Positions 1 to 9,046 of a stretch of 64,000 nucleotides of DNA are shown here, piece after piece. Every line of letters starts with the position of its first letter. Positions within the stretch are counted from its first letter, which is position 1. Below the pieces are notes generated by a model. The model ran no database searches. It saw only the letters and a list, made by a program, of their open reading frames with translations, and was not told the origin of the DNA. The stretch comes from a bacterium (GTDB taxonomy: Archaea > Thermoplasmatota > E2 > JACPAO01 > JAHFTW01): NCBI GenBank assembly GCA_040390065.1, contig JAZJZE010000006.1:1-64000 (forward strand), given 5' to 3'. The translations under genes and the position numbers were made by a program.

Positions 1-83
1 GAACAACGACCCGCAAGGGCGCGCCGCCTTGCGGCGGATGGCGTCGTCGGATCCGACTCGGCGTGGCGCTGCCACGCTGTCAC
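1..83 (-). CDS. possible 5' end of a gene running off the left edge
   Basis: On the minus strand AGGAGG precedes a GTG at 83, with a TATA-like GCTTAACC near 133-140 and no stop before the window edge. Frame and start are uncertain. Confidence 0.25.
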   Translation of the reverse strand, partial: MTAWQRHAESDPTTPSAARRRALAGRC

Positions 84-204
84 CGAATCCTCCTAGCCCT
101 CCTTGCAATCCGGCGCGCGCAAGCCTCCTGGGGGTTAAGCAACGACCTCTAGAGGCACGCAACCCGCCGGCCTTTATCACCCGCCTCCCCCTGGCCAACC
201 CTGG

Positions 205-762
205 ATGAACCCCGTCGCCCAGTCCCTGCTGGCGTGCGGCGCCGTACGCTTCGGCGACTTCACTCTGACCTCGGGCGCCAAGTCGCGGTACTACGTCGAC
301 GTGAAGGCCGCCGCGACGGACCCCAAGACGCTGCGTGGCATCGGCAAGGCCATGGCGGACGTTGCCCGCAAGACGGGGCCCTACGACGCCGTGGCCGGCA
401 TGGAACTCGGCGCCGTGCCGCTCGCGACCGCCGTCAGCCTCGAGTCCAACCTGCCGCTGCTGATCGTGCGCAAGGGCGAACGCAAACATGGCACCGGCAA
501 GCGCATCGAAGGCCGCGACCCGAAGGGCATGCGTGTCTTCGTCGTGGAAGACGTGACCACGTCCGGGGGCTCCACGGTCGAGGCAGTCAAGGTCCTGCGC
601 GAGGCCGGCGCCAAGGTCGAGCACGCGTGCGTCGTCGTCGACCGCGAATCCGGAGGCCCCGCCGCCCTCGCCGCCGTGCAGGTCAGGCTTCACCCGCTCG
701 TCTCCGTCTCGGAACTCCTGGCAACGCCGGAAGCCAAGGCCGCCATCGGAGGCGCCGCATGA
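205..762 (+). CDS. pyrE: orotate phosphoribosyltransferase
   Basis: FGDFTLTSG..SRYYVD, RKGERKHG, and PRPP-binding VVEDVTTSGGS. CTTTAT lies about 28 bp upstream. Confidence 0.95.
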   Translation: MNPVAQSLLACGAVRFGDFTLTSGAKSRYYVDVKAAATDPKTLRGIGKAMADVARKTGPYDAVAGMELGAVPLATAVSLESNLPLLIVRKGERKHGTGKRIEGRDPKGMRVFVVEDVTTSGGSTVEAVKVLREAGAKVEHACVVVDRESGGPAALAAVQVRLHPLVSVSELLATPEAKAAIGGAA

Positions 763-2909
763 CCACACCCGGCGCGTCTGGCCTAGGAACCGGTTGGGAT
801 CTCCAAGTGGGCCCAAAGAAGACCAAGAAGCCGGAGGAGCCGACCGCTGCCTCGACTGACGGGACGGAGCTCACGGTCAATCCCAAGAAGGCTGGCCACG
901 CGCCGCAGAACGGCCCTGTGGTCGGCGGCGCCGAGGAATTGCCCGGTACTCCGCGCCGCGCCCCCGGCCCGACGTCGGAGGACCCGAACAAGGGGAAGAA
1001 GTCCGCAGCACCCGCAACGGACGACTTCACCAAGCAGCGCCCGGGCACCGTTGAGGAGGACGCCGAGGTCTACGTTTCGCCGCAGAAGGGCGGAGCCGGC
1101 TGGGTGACGCCAAGCGGCAAGCCCGTCGATCCGGCCGTGGCGCCCGCCAAGCCGGCCGCCGCATCCGGGAAACCGGGCGAGCCGCCGGGCGAAACGTCGC
1201 TCTACGAGGATGACGACGTGGAAGTCACCAGTTCGCCTCGCCGCCCCGAACCGACCGCAGCGCACGGCAGCCTCAACTTCAAGTCCATGACAGGCGGCGG
1301 CAGCGGCAGCCGTCCCGGAGCGGGCGCAGCCATGGGAGGCGGCATCATGCCGTCGCGCGCCAACATCTCCGGCGAAGACTCGGAACTCTACGTGCGCAAG
1401 CCGGGCGAATCCTCCGTCAAGCCGGCGAAGGACTACGGCATGACGCCGCGCGCGCCGCCGACGTCGGACGGCGACACCGTGGTCTACGTCGGCCGCACCG
1501 CGCAAGGCCAAGGCCCGCCGCATCGCAGCCAGCCCGGACGCGTCCTCCTGGTCGGCGGCGGCGGACGAGAACACGCGATGGCCATGGCGCTGCGGCGCTC
1601 CAACGCGGAGGTCTACGCCGTCCTCAAGCACCGCAACCCGGGCATCGTCAAGCTCGCCACGGGCTTCCGCCTGCTCGAAGAAACGAACGTTCCCGCTGTG
1701 GTCGAATGGGCCCGCGGCCAGAAAGTGGAACTCGCCGTCATCGGGCCCGAGGGGCCTCTTGCCGCGGGGCTCGCCGATGCGCTGGCCGACGCCGGCATCC
1801 CCGTCGCAAGCCCGTCGCGGGCAGCCGCCCAGATTGAGTCCGACAAGTCGTTCATGCGCAGCCTCATGGCCAAGCACAACCTGCCGGGCCAGTTGGGCTT
1901 CCATCCCTTCGACAACCTCGAGGGGGCGCTCCGCTTCCTGGACGAGCACGGGCCGGTGTGGGCCATCAAACCCGTCGGCCTCACGGGCGGCAAGGGCGTG
2001 CAGGTGCACGGCGACCACTTCACCGACAACGTCGGCGCGAAGGCCTACACGCGCTCCATCTTCACCGGCAAAGTCGGCGGTGGCCGTGTCCAGTTCGAGG
2101 AGCTCGCGCGCGGCGAAGAGTTCACCGTGATGGCGTTCTGCGACGGCACGAACCTCGCACCGATGCCGGCCGTGCAGGACCACAAGCGCCTCAAGGACGG
2201 CGACCAGGGCCCGAACACTGGCGGCATGGGGTCGTACTCGCAGGGCGATGGCCTCCTTCCGTTCCTGACCCAGACTGACTACGACGAGGCGGTCCACATC
2301 CTGCAAGGCATCGTCGCCGCCCTGCGCACAGACGGCACGCCGTACGTCGGCGCCATCTACGGCCAGTTCATGCTCACGGCGGCGGGCCCGAAGGTCATCG
2401 AGGTGAACGCCCGCTTTGGCGACCCTGAGGCGATGAACGTCCTGCACCTCATGGAGAGCAACTACCTCGATGTGCTGCGCGCCATGATTGCAGGCAAGCT
2501 CGGCGGCGCCACGCTCGCCTTCCGCCCCCGCGCCACGGTCGTGAAGTACGTCGTGCCGAAGGGCTACGGCGAAGGCAACCCCCGCAGCGGCAGCTTCGTG
2601 CAAGTGGACGAGTTCAACGTCAAGCGCGGCGGAGCATCGGTGTATTACGCCAACATCGAGCAACTCACTTCGGGCTCGCTCTCGACGATGCCGAGCCGCA
2701 GCCTTGCCATGCTCGGTGAAGGTGCCACCGTCGAGGAAGCCAACGCCCTCTGCGAAGCGGCGCTCAAACACGTGCACGGCGACCACCTGTACGTCCGGCA
2801 TGACATCGGGACGGCGGAGTTGCTGGCGAAGCGGGTGGCGCACATGGCCGAGGAGCGCGCAGGCGCGACGCCGCCACGCAGGGCAGCTCGGGCGCAGGCA
2901 GTATTCTAG
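759..2909 (+). CDS. purD: phosphoribosylamine--glycine ligase with long N-terminal low-complexity extension
   Basis: VLLVGGGGREHA, IGPEGPL, QDHKRL.DGD.GPNTGGMGSYS and EVNARFGDPE. ATG 759 overlaps the pyrE stop (ATGA). The catalytic domain starts only at about 1540. Confidence 0.92.
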   Translation: MTTPGASGLGTGWDLQVGPKKTKKPEEPTAASTDGTELTVNPKKAGHAPQNGPVVGGAEELPGTPRRAPGPTSEDPNKGKKSAAPATDDFTKQRPGTVEEDAEVYVSPQKGGAGWVTPSGKPVDPAVAPAKPAAASGKPGEPPGETSLYEDDDVEVTSSPRRPEPTAAHGSLNFKSMTGGGSGSRPGAGAAMGGGIMPSRANISGEDSELYVRKPGESSVKPAKDYGMTPRAPPTSDGDTVVYVGRTAQGQGPPHRSQPGRVLLVGGGGREHAMAMALRRSNAEVYAVLKHRNPGIVKLATGFRLLEETNVPAVVEWARGQKVELAVIGPEGPLAAGLADALADAGIPVASPSRAAAQIESDKSFMRSLMAKHNLPGQLGFHPFDNLEGALRFLDEHGPVWAIKPVGLTGGKGVQVHGDHFTDNVGAKAYTRSIFTGKVGGGRVQFEELARGEEFTVMAFCDGTNLAPMPAVQDHKRLKDGDQGPNTGGMGSYSQGDGLLPFLTQTDYDEAVHILQGIVAALRTDGTPYVGAIYGQFMLTAAGPKVIEVNARFGDPEAMNVLHLMESNYLDVLRAMIAGKLGGATLAFRPRATVVKYVVPKGYGEGNPRSGSFVQVDEFNVKRGGASVYYANIEQLTSGSLSTMPSRSLAMLGEGATVEEANALCEAALKHVHGDHLYVRHDIGTAELLAKRVAHMAEERAGATPPRRAARAQAVF

Positions 2910-2930
2910 AATGGCGGGCGACCGCCGGGA

Positions 2931-4061
2931 ATGACCATGAAATCAGGTGCAACCGCATCCATCTTCGTTCTTCTGGTCGTCAGCTATGCGGGGTGCCTCG
3001 GCGGCGGCTCGCCGCCCGTGCCTTCCCCAACCGAAGCCGGGTCGCCGCACCATTGGGAGTTGGTGAGCGTAATGGCTTCGGATTCATACTCATCAAGCCC
3101 GGTCATCCACTCGCGAATCGCCACCTTAGCCTATTACTCCGCGACGGACGGCTACGCGAAGACCGTGACATGGGGCGTCCCGGGCGCAGGGACGACCGTG
3201 GTCCGTGCGCCGCCCCACCTCGGGCTAGCATTGCATCCCGTGTCACCAGGATCGGGGCCATCCGACTTTTCCGAATTGAACTCAACACTTGAGAATCTTC
3301 GGCCACTGGTGTCGAGCACGGCGACGAATACCACCGTCAATTATTGGCTGACGGCAACGTCAACTGCCACCACGTGGGTTGTGACGACGACCTATTACGA
3401 TAACGGGACCGCTGTGCGGCACTTCATCGATGCCGTGACGAACGCCCGCTTTGAGATCAGTCTGACCAACGATGGCTCCAGCGACGCTGGTCCGACTGCA
3501 GTCAACAGCCCCGACCTCGACTATGGACGGGCCCGCGCCTTGGCGGATCGTTCTGCAAAGGCCTGGTCCGCAAACGCTACCGCCGTCGGGGCCATTGCAC
3601 TCGAATCCGCGTTTCCTGCCCACCCGGTCGCCTTCGGTGAGGTGCCCTTTCACGTATCATACCTGGAGAACGTGCACGAAACCGTGTTCTTGCCACCAGA
3701 CATGGTCCCAGGCGACGGTCGGGCCCCAGTATGGGGTTTCCTGTATCACAGCGACACCACGAACGAGGTGCTTCCGGTCTATGTCTACTCCACGTCCATT
3801 GTCATCACGGGAGACCCTTTTGCTCCTCGATGGAATGCCGCGATCTATCAGGGGCTCGCACTTTCATCGAGCGCCTTGAACTCACCCGTCGCCGCGGCCT
3901 ACCTCCCGGCCCATTACGCCCACTTCCAGTTCAGCCATTTCTTCCTGGCGGGGTCTCAGTGGAATTTTGTATCGGGGCCTTACACGGTGAGGGTGGGTCC
4001 CGACGGCAGCAGATCTGTGTCGGTGCTGGACTCGGACGAGAATCGACCTGGCCCGGAGTAA
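2931..4061 (+). CDS. hypothetical lipoprotein
   Basis: Hydrophobic N-terminus ending YAGC (lipobox-like). Visibly more A/T-rich codons than neighbouring genes. Confidence 0.7.
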   Translation: MTMKSGATASIFVLLVVSYAGCLGGGSPPVPSPTEAGSPHHWELVSVMASDSYSSSPVIHSRIATLAYYSATDGYAKTVTWGVPGAGTTVVRAPPHLGLALHPVSPGSGPSDFSELNSTLENLRPLVSSTATNTTVNYWLTATSTATTWVVTTTYYDNGTAVRHFIDAVTNARFEISLTNDGSSDAGPTAVNSPDLDYGRARALADRSAKAWSANATAVGAIALESAFPAHPVAFGEVPFHVSYLENVHETVFLPPDMVPGDGRAPVWGFLYHSDTTNEVLPVYVYSTSIVITGDPFAPRWNAAIYQGLALSSSALNSPVAAAYLPAHYAHFQFSHFFLAGSQWNFVSGPYTVRVGPDGSRSVSVLDSDENRPGPE

Positions 4062-4114
4062 CCTCCTGCCAGACCCGCGCCCCCCGTGCAAGGGCAGAGC
4101 GGGGTTCGGTGGTG

Positions 4115-4240
4115 CGAAATAGCCCCCCCGGCGGCCCACGCCTCCGGCCCGCCGCCTTTTGGCGGGCGGGCTTGAGCCACACCCCACTCGCGTGGCCTCG
4201 CTTCGCTCGGCCGGCTCGGCCCCTCGCCGGGGGGATTTCG
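4115..4240. repeat. REP/MITE-like multi-hairpin element with terminal inverted repeats
   Basis: CGAAAT(AG)CCCCCCCGGCG at 4115 pairs with CGCCGGGGGGATTTCG ending at 4240. Internal hairpin GCCCGCCGCC-TTTT-GGCGGGCGGGC. Confidence 0.6.
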
Positions 4241-4259
4241 TCATGATCTGTTGACCATC

Positions 4260-4356
4260 GGCTACTGCGGTCACTTTGGTAACCTGGTCACGTCGGTTAC
4301 TTCGGTAACCCGGTCACTTGGGTTACTTTGGTTTCTCCGGTTTTCTTGGCTAGTTC
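4260..4356. repeat. degenerate 8-9 bp tandem array (GGTNAC core)
   Basis: ggctactgc ggtcacttt ggtaacct ggtcacgtc ggttacttc ggtaaccc ggtcacttg ggttacttt ggtttctcc ggttttctt ggctagttc. Confidence 0.75.
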
Positions 4357-4445
4357 GGGTTGACCGGTGGGTGCCACCCGGCCGCCTCATTGTTCGCGGT
4401 GCCTCGCACCCAAACGCATTCATGCCGGAGGCTCTCCGCGCCCAC

Positions 4446-5288
4446 GTGGCAGCCGGAAACGAGACGACCATCTACTTCGTCGGCACGGCCGGCGCGGGCA
4501 AGTCCACGATGGTCGCCGCCTATGACCGGTGGGCCAAGCAGCACGCCATCTCGACCGTCCTCGTCAACATGGACCCCGGCGCCGAGAAATTGCCGTACAC
4601 GCCGGACGTCGACATCCGCGACTGGGTCAAGTTGTCGGAAATCATGGAGGAGCACGGCCTCGGCCCGAACGGCGCACAGATTGCCGCCGCCGACATGATC
4701 GCCCTCAACCTCGAGGAAGTCATGGAGGAACTGCAGGCCTTCCGCGCCGACCAGATCCTCATCGACACCCCGGGCCAGATCGAGTTGTTCGTCTTCCGCG
4801 CCAGCGGGAAGCACATCGTCGAGACCCTGAACCCCGAGCGCAGCGTGCTCGCCTACCTCATGGACCCGTTCCTGGCGCGCACTCCAACCGGATTTGCCAG
4901 CCAACTCATGCTCGGCGCCACCACGATGTTTCGCTTCCAGCAGCCGATGGTCTACCTGCTGTCCAAGTCGGACCGCATCGACCCCGAGAGCCTCGACACC
5001 ATCCGTGCCTGGGCCGCCGACGCGGACGCCCTCGAGCATGACATTCTGGCGGAGGAGCCCAACATGAGCCGCGAATTCGCCACCCAAGTCACGCGCCTGC
5101 TGGACACCCTGAAACTCGAGAACGTGCTCCTGCCCACGAGCAGCATGACGGGCACCGGCCTCGATGACCTGTACACGCTCGTGCAAGGCGCCGTCGGCCA
5201 ATCCGAGGACGCCACCCCCGAATACGACACCTTCCTCGGCCCCAACGAGGAGGAATCGACGGACGAGCCCCGCGGGGACCTCAATTGA
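4446..5288 (+). CDS. GPN-loop GTPase
   Basis: Walker A GTAGAGKST, NMDPG, GLGPNGA (GPN loop) and DTPGQIELF. GTG 4446 chosen because it is about 25 bp after a TATA-like CATTCATG. Confidence 0.92.
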   Translation: MAAGNETTIYFVGTAGAGKSTMVAAYDRWAKQHAISTVLVNMDPGAEKLPYTPDVDIRDWVKLSEIMEEHGLGPNGAQIAAADMIALNLEEVMEELQAFRADQILIDTPGQIELFVFRASGKHIVETLNPERSVLAYLMDPFLARTPTGFASQLMLGATTMFRFQQPMVYLLSKSDRIDPESLDTIRAWAADADALEHDILAEEPNMSREFATQVTRLLDTLKLENVLLPTSSMTGTGLDDLYTLVQGAVGQSEDATPEYDTFLGPNEEESTDEPRGDLN

Positions 5289-5683
5289 TGGACGCGCCAC
5301 CCGAACCGTACGGCGTCTCGGGCAAGCCCATCGTCCTGTTCTTCGCAGCCGTCGCCCTCATCGCTGCCGTCATCGTCGTCGCCTACAAGATCGAGGAATC
5401 CAAGCTGCCGCCGGCACACATGGAATTCACGAAGTCATCACTGGATGCTGCGGCCGCGGCCAACGCGACCATCCATCCCATCGACCCGAAGGCCGCAAAG
5501 GCGACGAGCAACCTGGACGACTACCTCAACGATGCACGCACGAACGGCGCCGCAACCTTGGATGGCCGCCTGCAGGTCGAAGAGTTTCGCGACTTCCTCG
5601 TACGGACCACCGGAGAACCGGGGCCCGTCGTCTTCGTCGACTGGGGCGGCACCATCGAGCGCATCACGTGGACGGGCGTCTAG
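5288..5683 (+). CDS. small membrane-anchored hypothetical protein
   Basis: One N-terminal TM segment (IVLFFAAVALIAAVIVVAY). Start overlaps the GTPase stop. Confidence 0.7.
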   Translation: MDAPPEPYGVSGKPIVLFFAAVALIAAVIVVAYKIEESKLPPAHMEFTKSSLDAAAAANATIHPIDPKAAKATSNLDDYLNDARTNGAATLDGRLQVEEFRDFLVRTTGEPGPVVFVDWGGTIERITWTGV

Positions 5684-6453
5684 CGCGGCGCGCGGGGCGC
5701 CAAGTAGTCCTTCCCCGCCTCACGCATCTTGGCAATGAGCGCCTCGGTGCGCGGCTTGGCCCCCGTGGCGCGGATGACGATGCGGCCGCGCTCCGGGTAC
5801 GACCCGAGCACGACGTCGGAGAATTCCTTCTCCAGCGCCGTCAGCGTCTCGAAGAAGCGCGACTCTTCGGAATACAGGATCAATTCCTCGGAGTGGATGG
5901 CCTGCGATGGGGACAGGCGCGGCCGCACCGACTCGTCGAACATGCGGTAGAACTCATGCGGCACTCCGGGCAGGGTGAACAGGATCGTTGGCTTCGGTCC
6001 CACCGTCAGGATGGCCCCGAGTGCGGTCCCGATGTCGTTGGGCATCGCCTCGGCCCCTTCCGGAAGCTTCGCCATCTTCAGCAGCCCCGCGTTCGGCGTG
6101 GCGCTGGAAAAGTAGCCGCGCTCGAAGCCGACCTTCGTGCGGGCCTCCATCCACGCCAAGTTCTGCGGCGTCGTCACAAGGGGCTTGCCGATGGCCTTCG
6201 CAATTCCCTGCATGCTTCGGTCGTCCGGCGTCGGCCCGAGCCCGCCCGAGGTGACCACGTAATCGAGGTCCAAGTCGAACACGAAGCGCCGCACCGACGC
6301 CACGATGTCCGGCAAATCGTCGCTACAGATCTCGACGCGCGCCAACTTGATGCCCATGGGCTTCACTTGCTTGGCAAGCCAATGCGAGTTTGATTCGTGC
6401 ACGTGGCCGCCGAGGACCTCGTCGGCGATGACGACGACGCCGATGCGCTTCAC
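5680..6453 (-). CDS. CinA-like / MoCF-biosynthesis-domain (ADP-ribose pyrophosphatase-type) protein
   Basis: IADEVLGG...ESNSHWLA, VTSGGLGPTPDD, LPEGA and LPGVPHEF. GTG start inferred. Confidence 0.85.
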   Translation of the reverse strand: MKRIGVVVIADEVLGGHVHESNSHWLAKQVKPMGIKLARVEICSDDLPDIVASVRRFVFDLDLDYVVTSGGLGPTPDDRSMQGIAKAIGKPLVTTPQNLAWMEARTKVGFERGYFSSATPNAGLLKMAKLPEGAEAMPNDIGTALGAILTVGPKPTILFTLPGVPHEFYRMFDESVRPRLSPSQAIHSEELILYSEESRFFETLTALEKEFSDVVLGSYPERGRIVIRATGAKPRTEALIAKMREAGKDYLAPRAPR

Positions 6454-6499
6454 GGCGGGCAGGAGCCGACATCGGCCGAAAAACCATCCGCCAACGAAA

Positions 6500-7318
6500 T
6501 CAGACTTGGGGCACGGCGTCGGGGTCGAAACCCGCAAAGGGCAGGCTTGCGAGTTGCAGCTTGGGGTGCCGTGTCATCGCGACGAGCAACGCCAGGACAC
6601 AGGCGAGGATTCCGACGAGCAGAATCCTCTGGGCCGACGGGCCGATGATGGCGACACCGAGGGCCACCGCCAGCACGCAGGCCGCCACCGTCGCCGTCGA
6701 TGCCGCAATCGCCGTGCGCCAGACTCCAGGCGGCAAGACAAACCACGTCGCAACGAGGAACCCAAAGGCCCCCGCGGCGGCGACGTTGGTATCGCCGAGC
6801 CCGGCCGAGATGCGGCCCAGCAGGGCAAACGCCGTCAGGCAAGCCAGCGCCGCCAAGGCAAAGCGCGTCTCGGGGCGCAGCCGGACCAGCAGAGTCAGCG
6901 GCAGCAGGAGCACCGGCAGGAGGGCCTGCCAGACGGGCGGCTCCGAACTCCAGATGGGGCCACCGACCACGAAGCCGGCAGCCAGGATGACGAACAGTTC
7001 GGCCCGGTGTTCGAGCCGGAAGCGCAGCACGAGTCCGGCGACCAGGGCGAGGGCGGCCGCGCAGACCTGTACGGCGGCGAGGATGGCCAGGCTCTTGCCG
7101 GCCCAGAACTTCTGCATGCTGATCGTGACGAGAAGCATCTGCGACAAGGGGATGATGAGAAGCGCCACGACGACGTCGTTGCCGTTCGTGGGGGACCACT
7201 CGAGCCGCTGGGGCTTGGCGCCGTCGTGGACGAGGATGGCCTCGCCCTGCGCCTTGGTGATGATGCCACGCTCGATCCAGGGGCGGACCTGTTCGGGCGT
7301 TGCGGGCGACGCGGCCAT
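6500..7318 (-). CDS. multi-pass membrane protein, DUF2157-like N-terminus
   Basis: WIERGIITKAQGEAIL N-terminal motif followed by about 8 hydrophobic segments. Confidence 0.65.
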   Translation of the reverse strand: MAASPATPEQVRPWIERGIITKAQGEAILVHDGAKPQRLEWSPTNGNDVVVALLIIPLSQMLLVTISMQKFWAGKSLAILAAVQVCAAALALVAGLVLRFRLEHRAELFVILAAGFVVGGPIWSSEPPVWQALLPVLLLPLTLLVRLRPETRFALAALACLTAFALLGRISAGLGDTNVAAAGAFGFLVATWFVLPPGVWRTAIAASTATVAACVLAVALGVAIIGPSAQRILLVGILACVLALLVAMTRHPKLQLASLPFAGFDPDAVPQV

Positions 7319-7343
7319 GGCACGGCAGCGCATCAGGCTACCT

Positions 7344-7850
7344 TCAAGCTTTGGACAGCGCCTCTTGTTCGATGCGTATCCGCAAGCGCAGGGCCACGAT
7401 GTTCAGGATGGTGATGCATGCGGCCGTCGCGTACAAGGAATCCAGCAAGGCAAAGCCGGCAAGTTCCAAAACGACGCCGACGTAGATTGGATGCCGCAGG
7501 AAGCGATACGGCCCACGCCTCACGAGGGGCGCCCCTGGCACCACGAAGACGCGGGTGTTCCATCGCCAGCCGAGCGCCACCATGGATGCCAGCCGTAGGC
7601 CTTCGCCGGCAAGAAACAGGATTGCGCCGGGAATGAGTGCCGCGCCGCCCGCCCAAGGAGCCCACAGCCATTCGGCCACGACTGCCGCGAAGAAGGCAAC
7701 GTGCACGACGACGAGCAGGGCGTATCCGTCGGGTCGCACGACCACGGCGCCACGCGCAATCAGATGTCGTGCCGTATTGCGGGCGTACAGGAGTTCGGCG
7801 ATTCGCTGCAGTCCAAGAAGCGCGATGGCCGCGCCAAACCAGGCCTGCAT
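7344..7850 (-). CDS. isoprenylcysteine carboxyl methyltransferase family protein (BpsB/SrsB-like O-methyltransferase)
   Basis: QRIAELLYARNT, LGWRWNTRV, GPYRFLRHPIY and RIRIEQEAL. Abuts the type III PKS. Confidence 0.88.
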   Translation of the reverse strand: MQAWFGAAIALLGLQRIAELLYARNTARHLIARGAVVVRPDGYALLVVVHVAFFAAVVAEWLWAPWAGGAALIPGAILFLAGEGLRLASMVALGWRWNTRVFVVPGAPLVRRGPYRFLRHPIYVGVVLELAGFALLDSLYATAACITILNIVALRLRIRIEQEALSKA

Positions 7851-8939
7851 CTATGCTCCACGCACGAGGGTGAGTTCGCTCGCAAAACCGGGACCGAGCG
7901 ACCCCATGAGAGCCGTCTTGCCCTTGCCGAGACGACCGGCCTGCGCCGCCGCCTGCAAGGCGAACAGGACCGTGGGGCTCGACATGTTGCCATGGTCGCG
8001 CAGCGCGCCGGACGTCCACTGCAACTGCGCGTCCGTGAGGCCGAGCGCGTCGCGGTAGGCGTCCACGACCTTCGCGCCGCCGGGGTGCAGCACCCATTCG
8101 TCCGGCCTCTTGCCTTTGCCAAGGTTTGCGTCCAGGAAGGGGCGCACGAGGCCTTCCATTTCGTCGAGGATGATCTGCGGGATGCGCGGCGACAGGACGA
8201 CGTCGAGGTTGTGGTCGAGGACGTCCCAGCCCATGACGCGCTCCGTGTCGGGGAAGAGGTGCGACTTGCCAGCGACGTGGAGCAGCGGCCCTGGCGCCGC
8301 GGCATCACCCGAGACGACGCAGGCGGCCGCTCCGTCCCCGAAAAGACTGGCCGCGACGAGGCTCTTCTTGTCCGGCCCGCTTTCCCCGGTGGCGTTCGTG
8401 AGCTGGAGCGCCTTTCCGACGTCGAAGGAGAGGGAGCACAATTCCATGGCGACGACGAGGATGTTGGCCTTTGGGTCGGCGCGCGCTAGGTCGGCCGCAC
8501 GATTCAGGCCGCCCGTGCCACCCGCGCAGCCGAGACCCCAGACCGGCAGGCGGACCAAGTCGGGGCGAAAGGCGATGCGGTTGCACAACTTCGCTTCCAG
8601 GCTCGGTGTGGAGATGCCCGTCGTCGAGGCCAGAACGATGCCGTCGACGTCGGAGGGCTGCAGGTGGGCTTGGCCAAGGGCCAGGGTCGCAGCCATCTCG
8701 ACGAGGGCGAGGCCCACGTCCGCATAGACCGCCTGCCGGTCCGCGAAGCCGTGCGGCTCGAGGTACCATGGCACGGGCATCGCCAAGGCTCGAGACTCAA
8801 TCCGGCCATTGTCGAAGACGTCGAGGATGGCGCTTTTCCCCCGCGTCTCTGGCAACATGGCCTCGGCGACGGCCCGCAACTCCGACTGCGGCAGCACGTT
8901 GCCTGGAATGGCCGTGGCCACGGGGTGGATGCTCGGCAA
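7851..8939 (-). CDS. type III polyketide synthase (chalcone-synthase superfamily, BpsA/SrsA-like)
   Basis: Catalytic Cys-His-Asn contexts GLGCAGG, LHPGG and HGNMSS, plus ELCSL, LFGDGAAA and GPGF. Confidence 0.93.
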   Translation of the reverse strand: MPSIHPVATAIPGNVLPQSELRAVAEAMLPETRGKSAILDVFDNGRIESRALAMPVPWYLEPHGFADRQAVYADVGLALVEMAATLALGQAHLQPSDVDGIVLASTTGISTPSLEAKLCNRIAFRPDLVRLPVWGLGCAGGTGGLNRAADLARADPKANILVVAMELCSLSFDVGKALQLTNATGESGPDKKSLVAASLFGDGAAACVVSGDAAAPGPLLHVAGKSHLFPDTERVMGWDVLDHNLDVVLSPRIPQIILDEMEGLVRPFLDANLGKGKRPDEWVLHPGGAKVVDAYRDALGLTDAQLQWTSGALRDHGNMSSPTVLFALQAAAQAGRLGKGKTALMGSLGPGFASELTLVRGA

Positions 8940-9046
8940 GGCAGTGCTTGGGGAAGTGGTGTCGCTGAAAGTCGCTTTGGGCTGGGCGGTGGCCGTCCCT
9001 GGTGGGGCGGGCCAACGCTTATGCCGCTTGGCAAGGTCGCGGCCGC

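Noticed and set aside
234-758. Extra 175 aa at the start of the 891-aa ORF
   Set aside because: Arg-rich off-frame overlap of pyrE. The real purD start is ATG 759.
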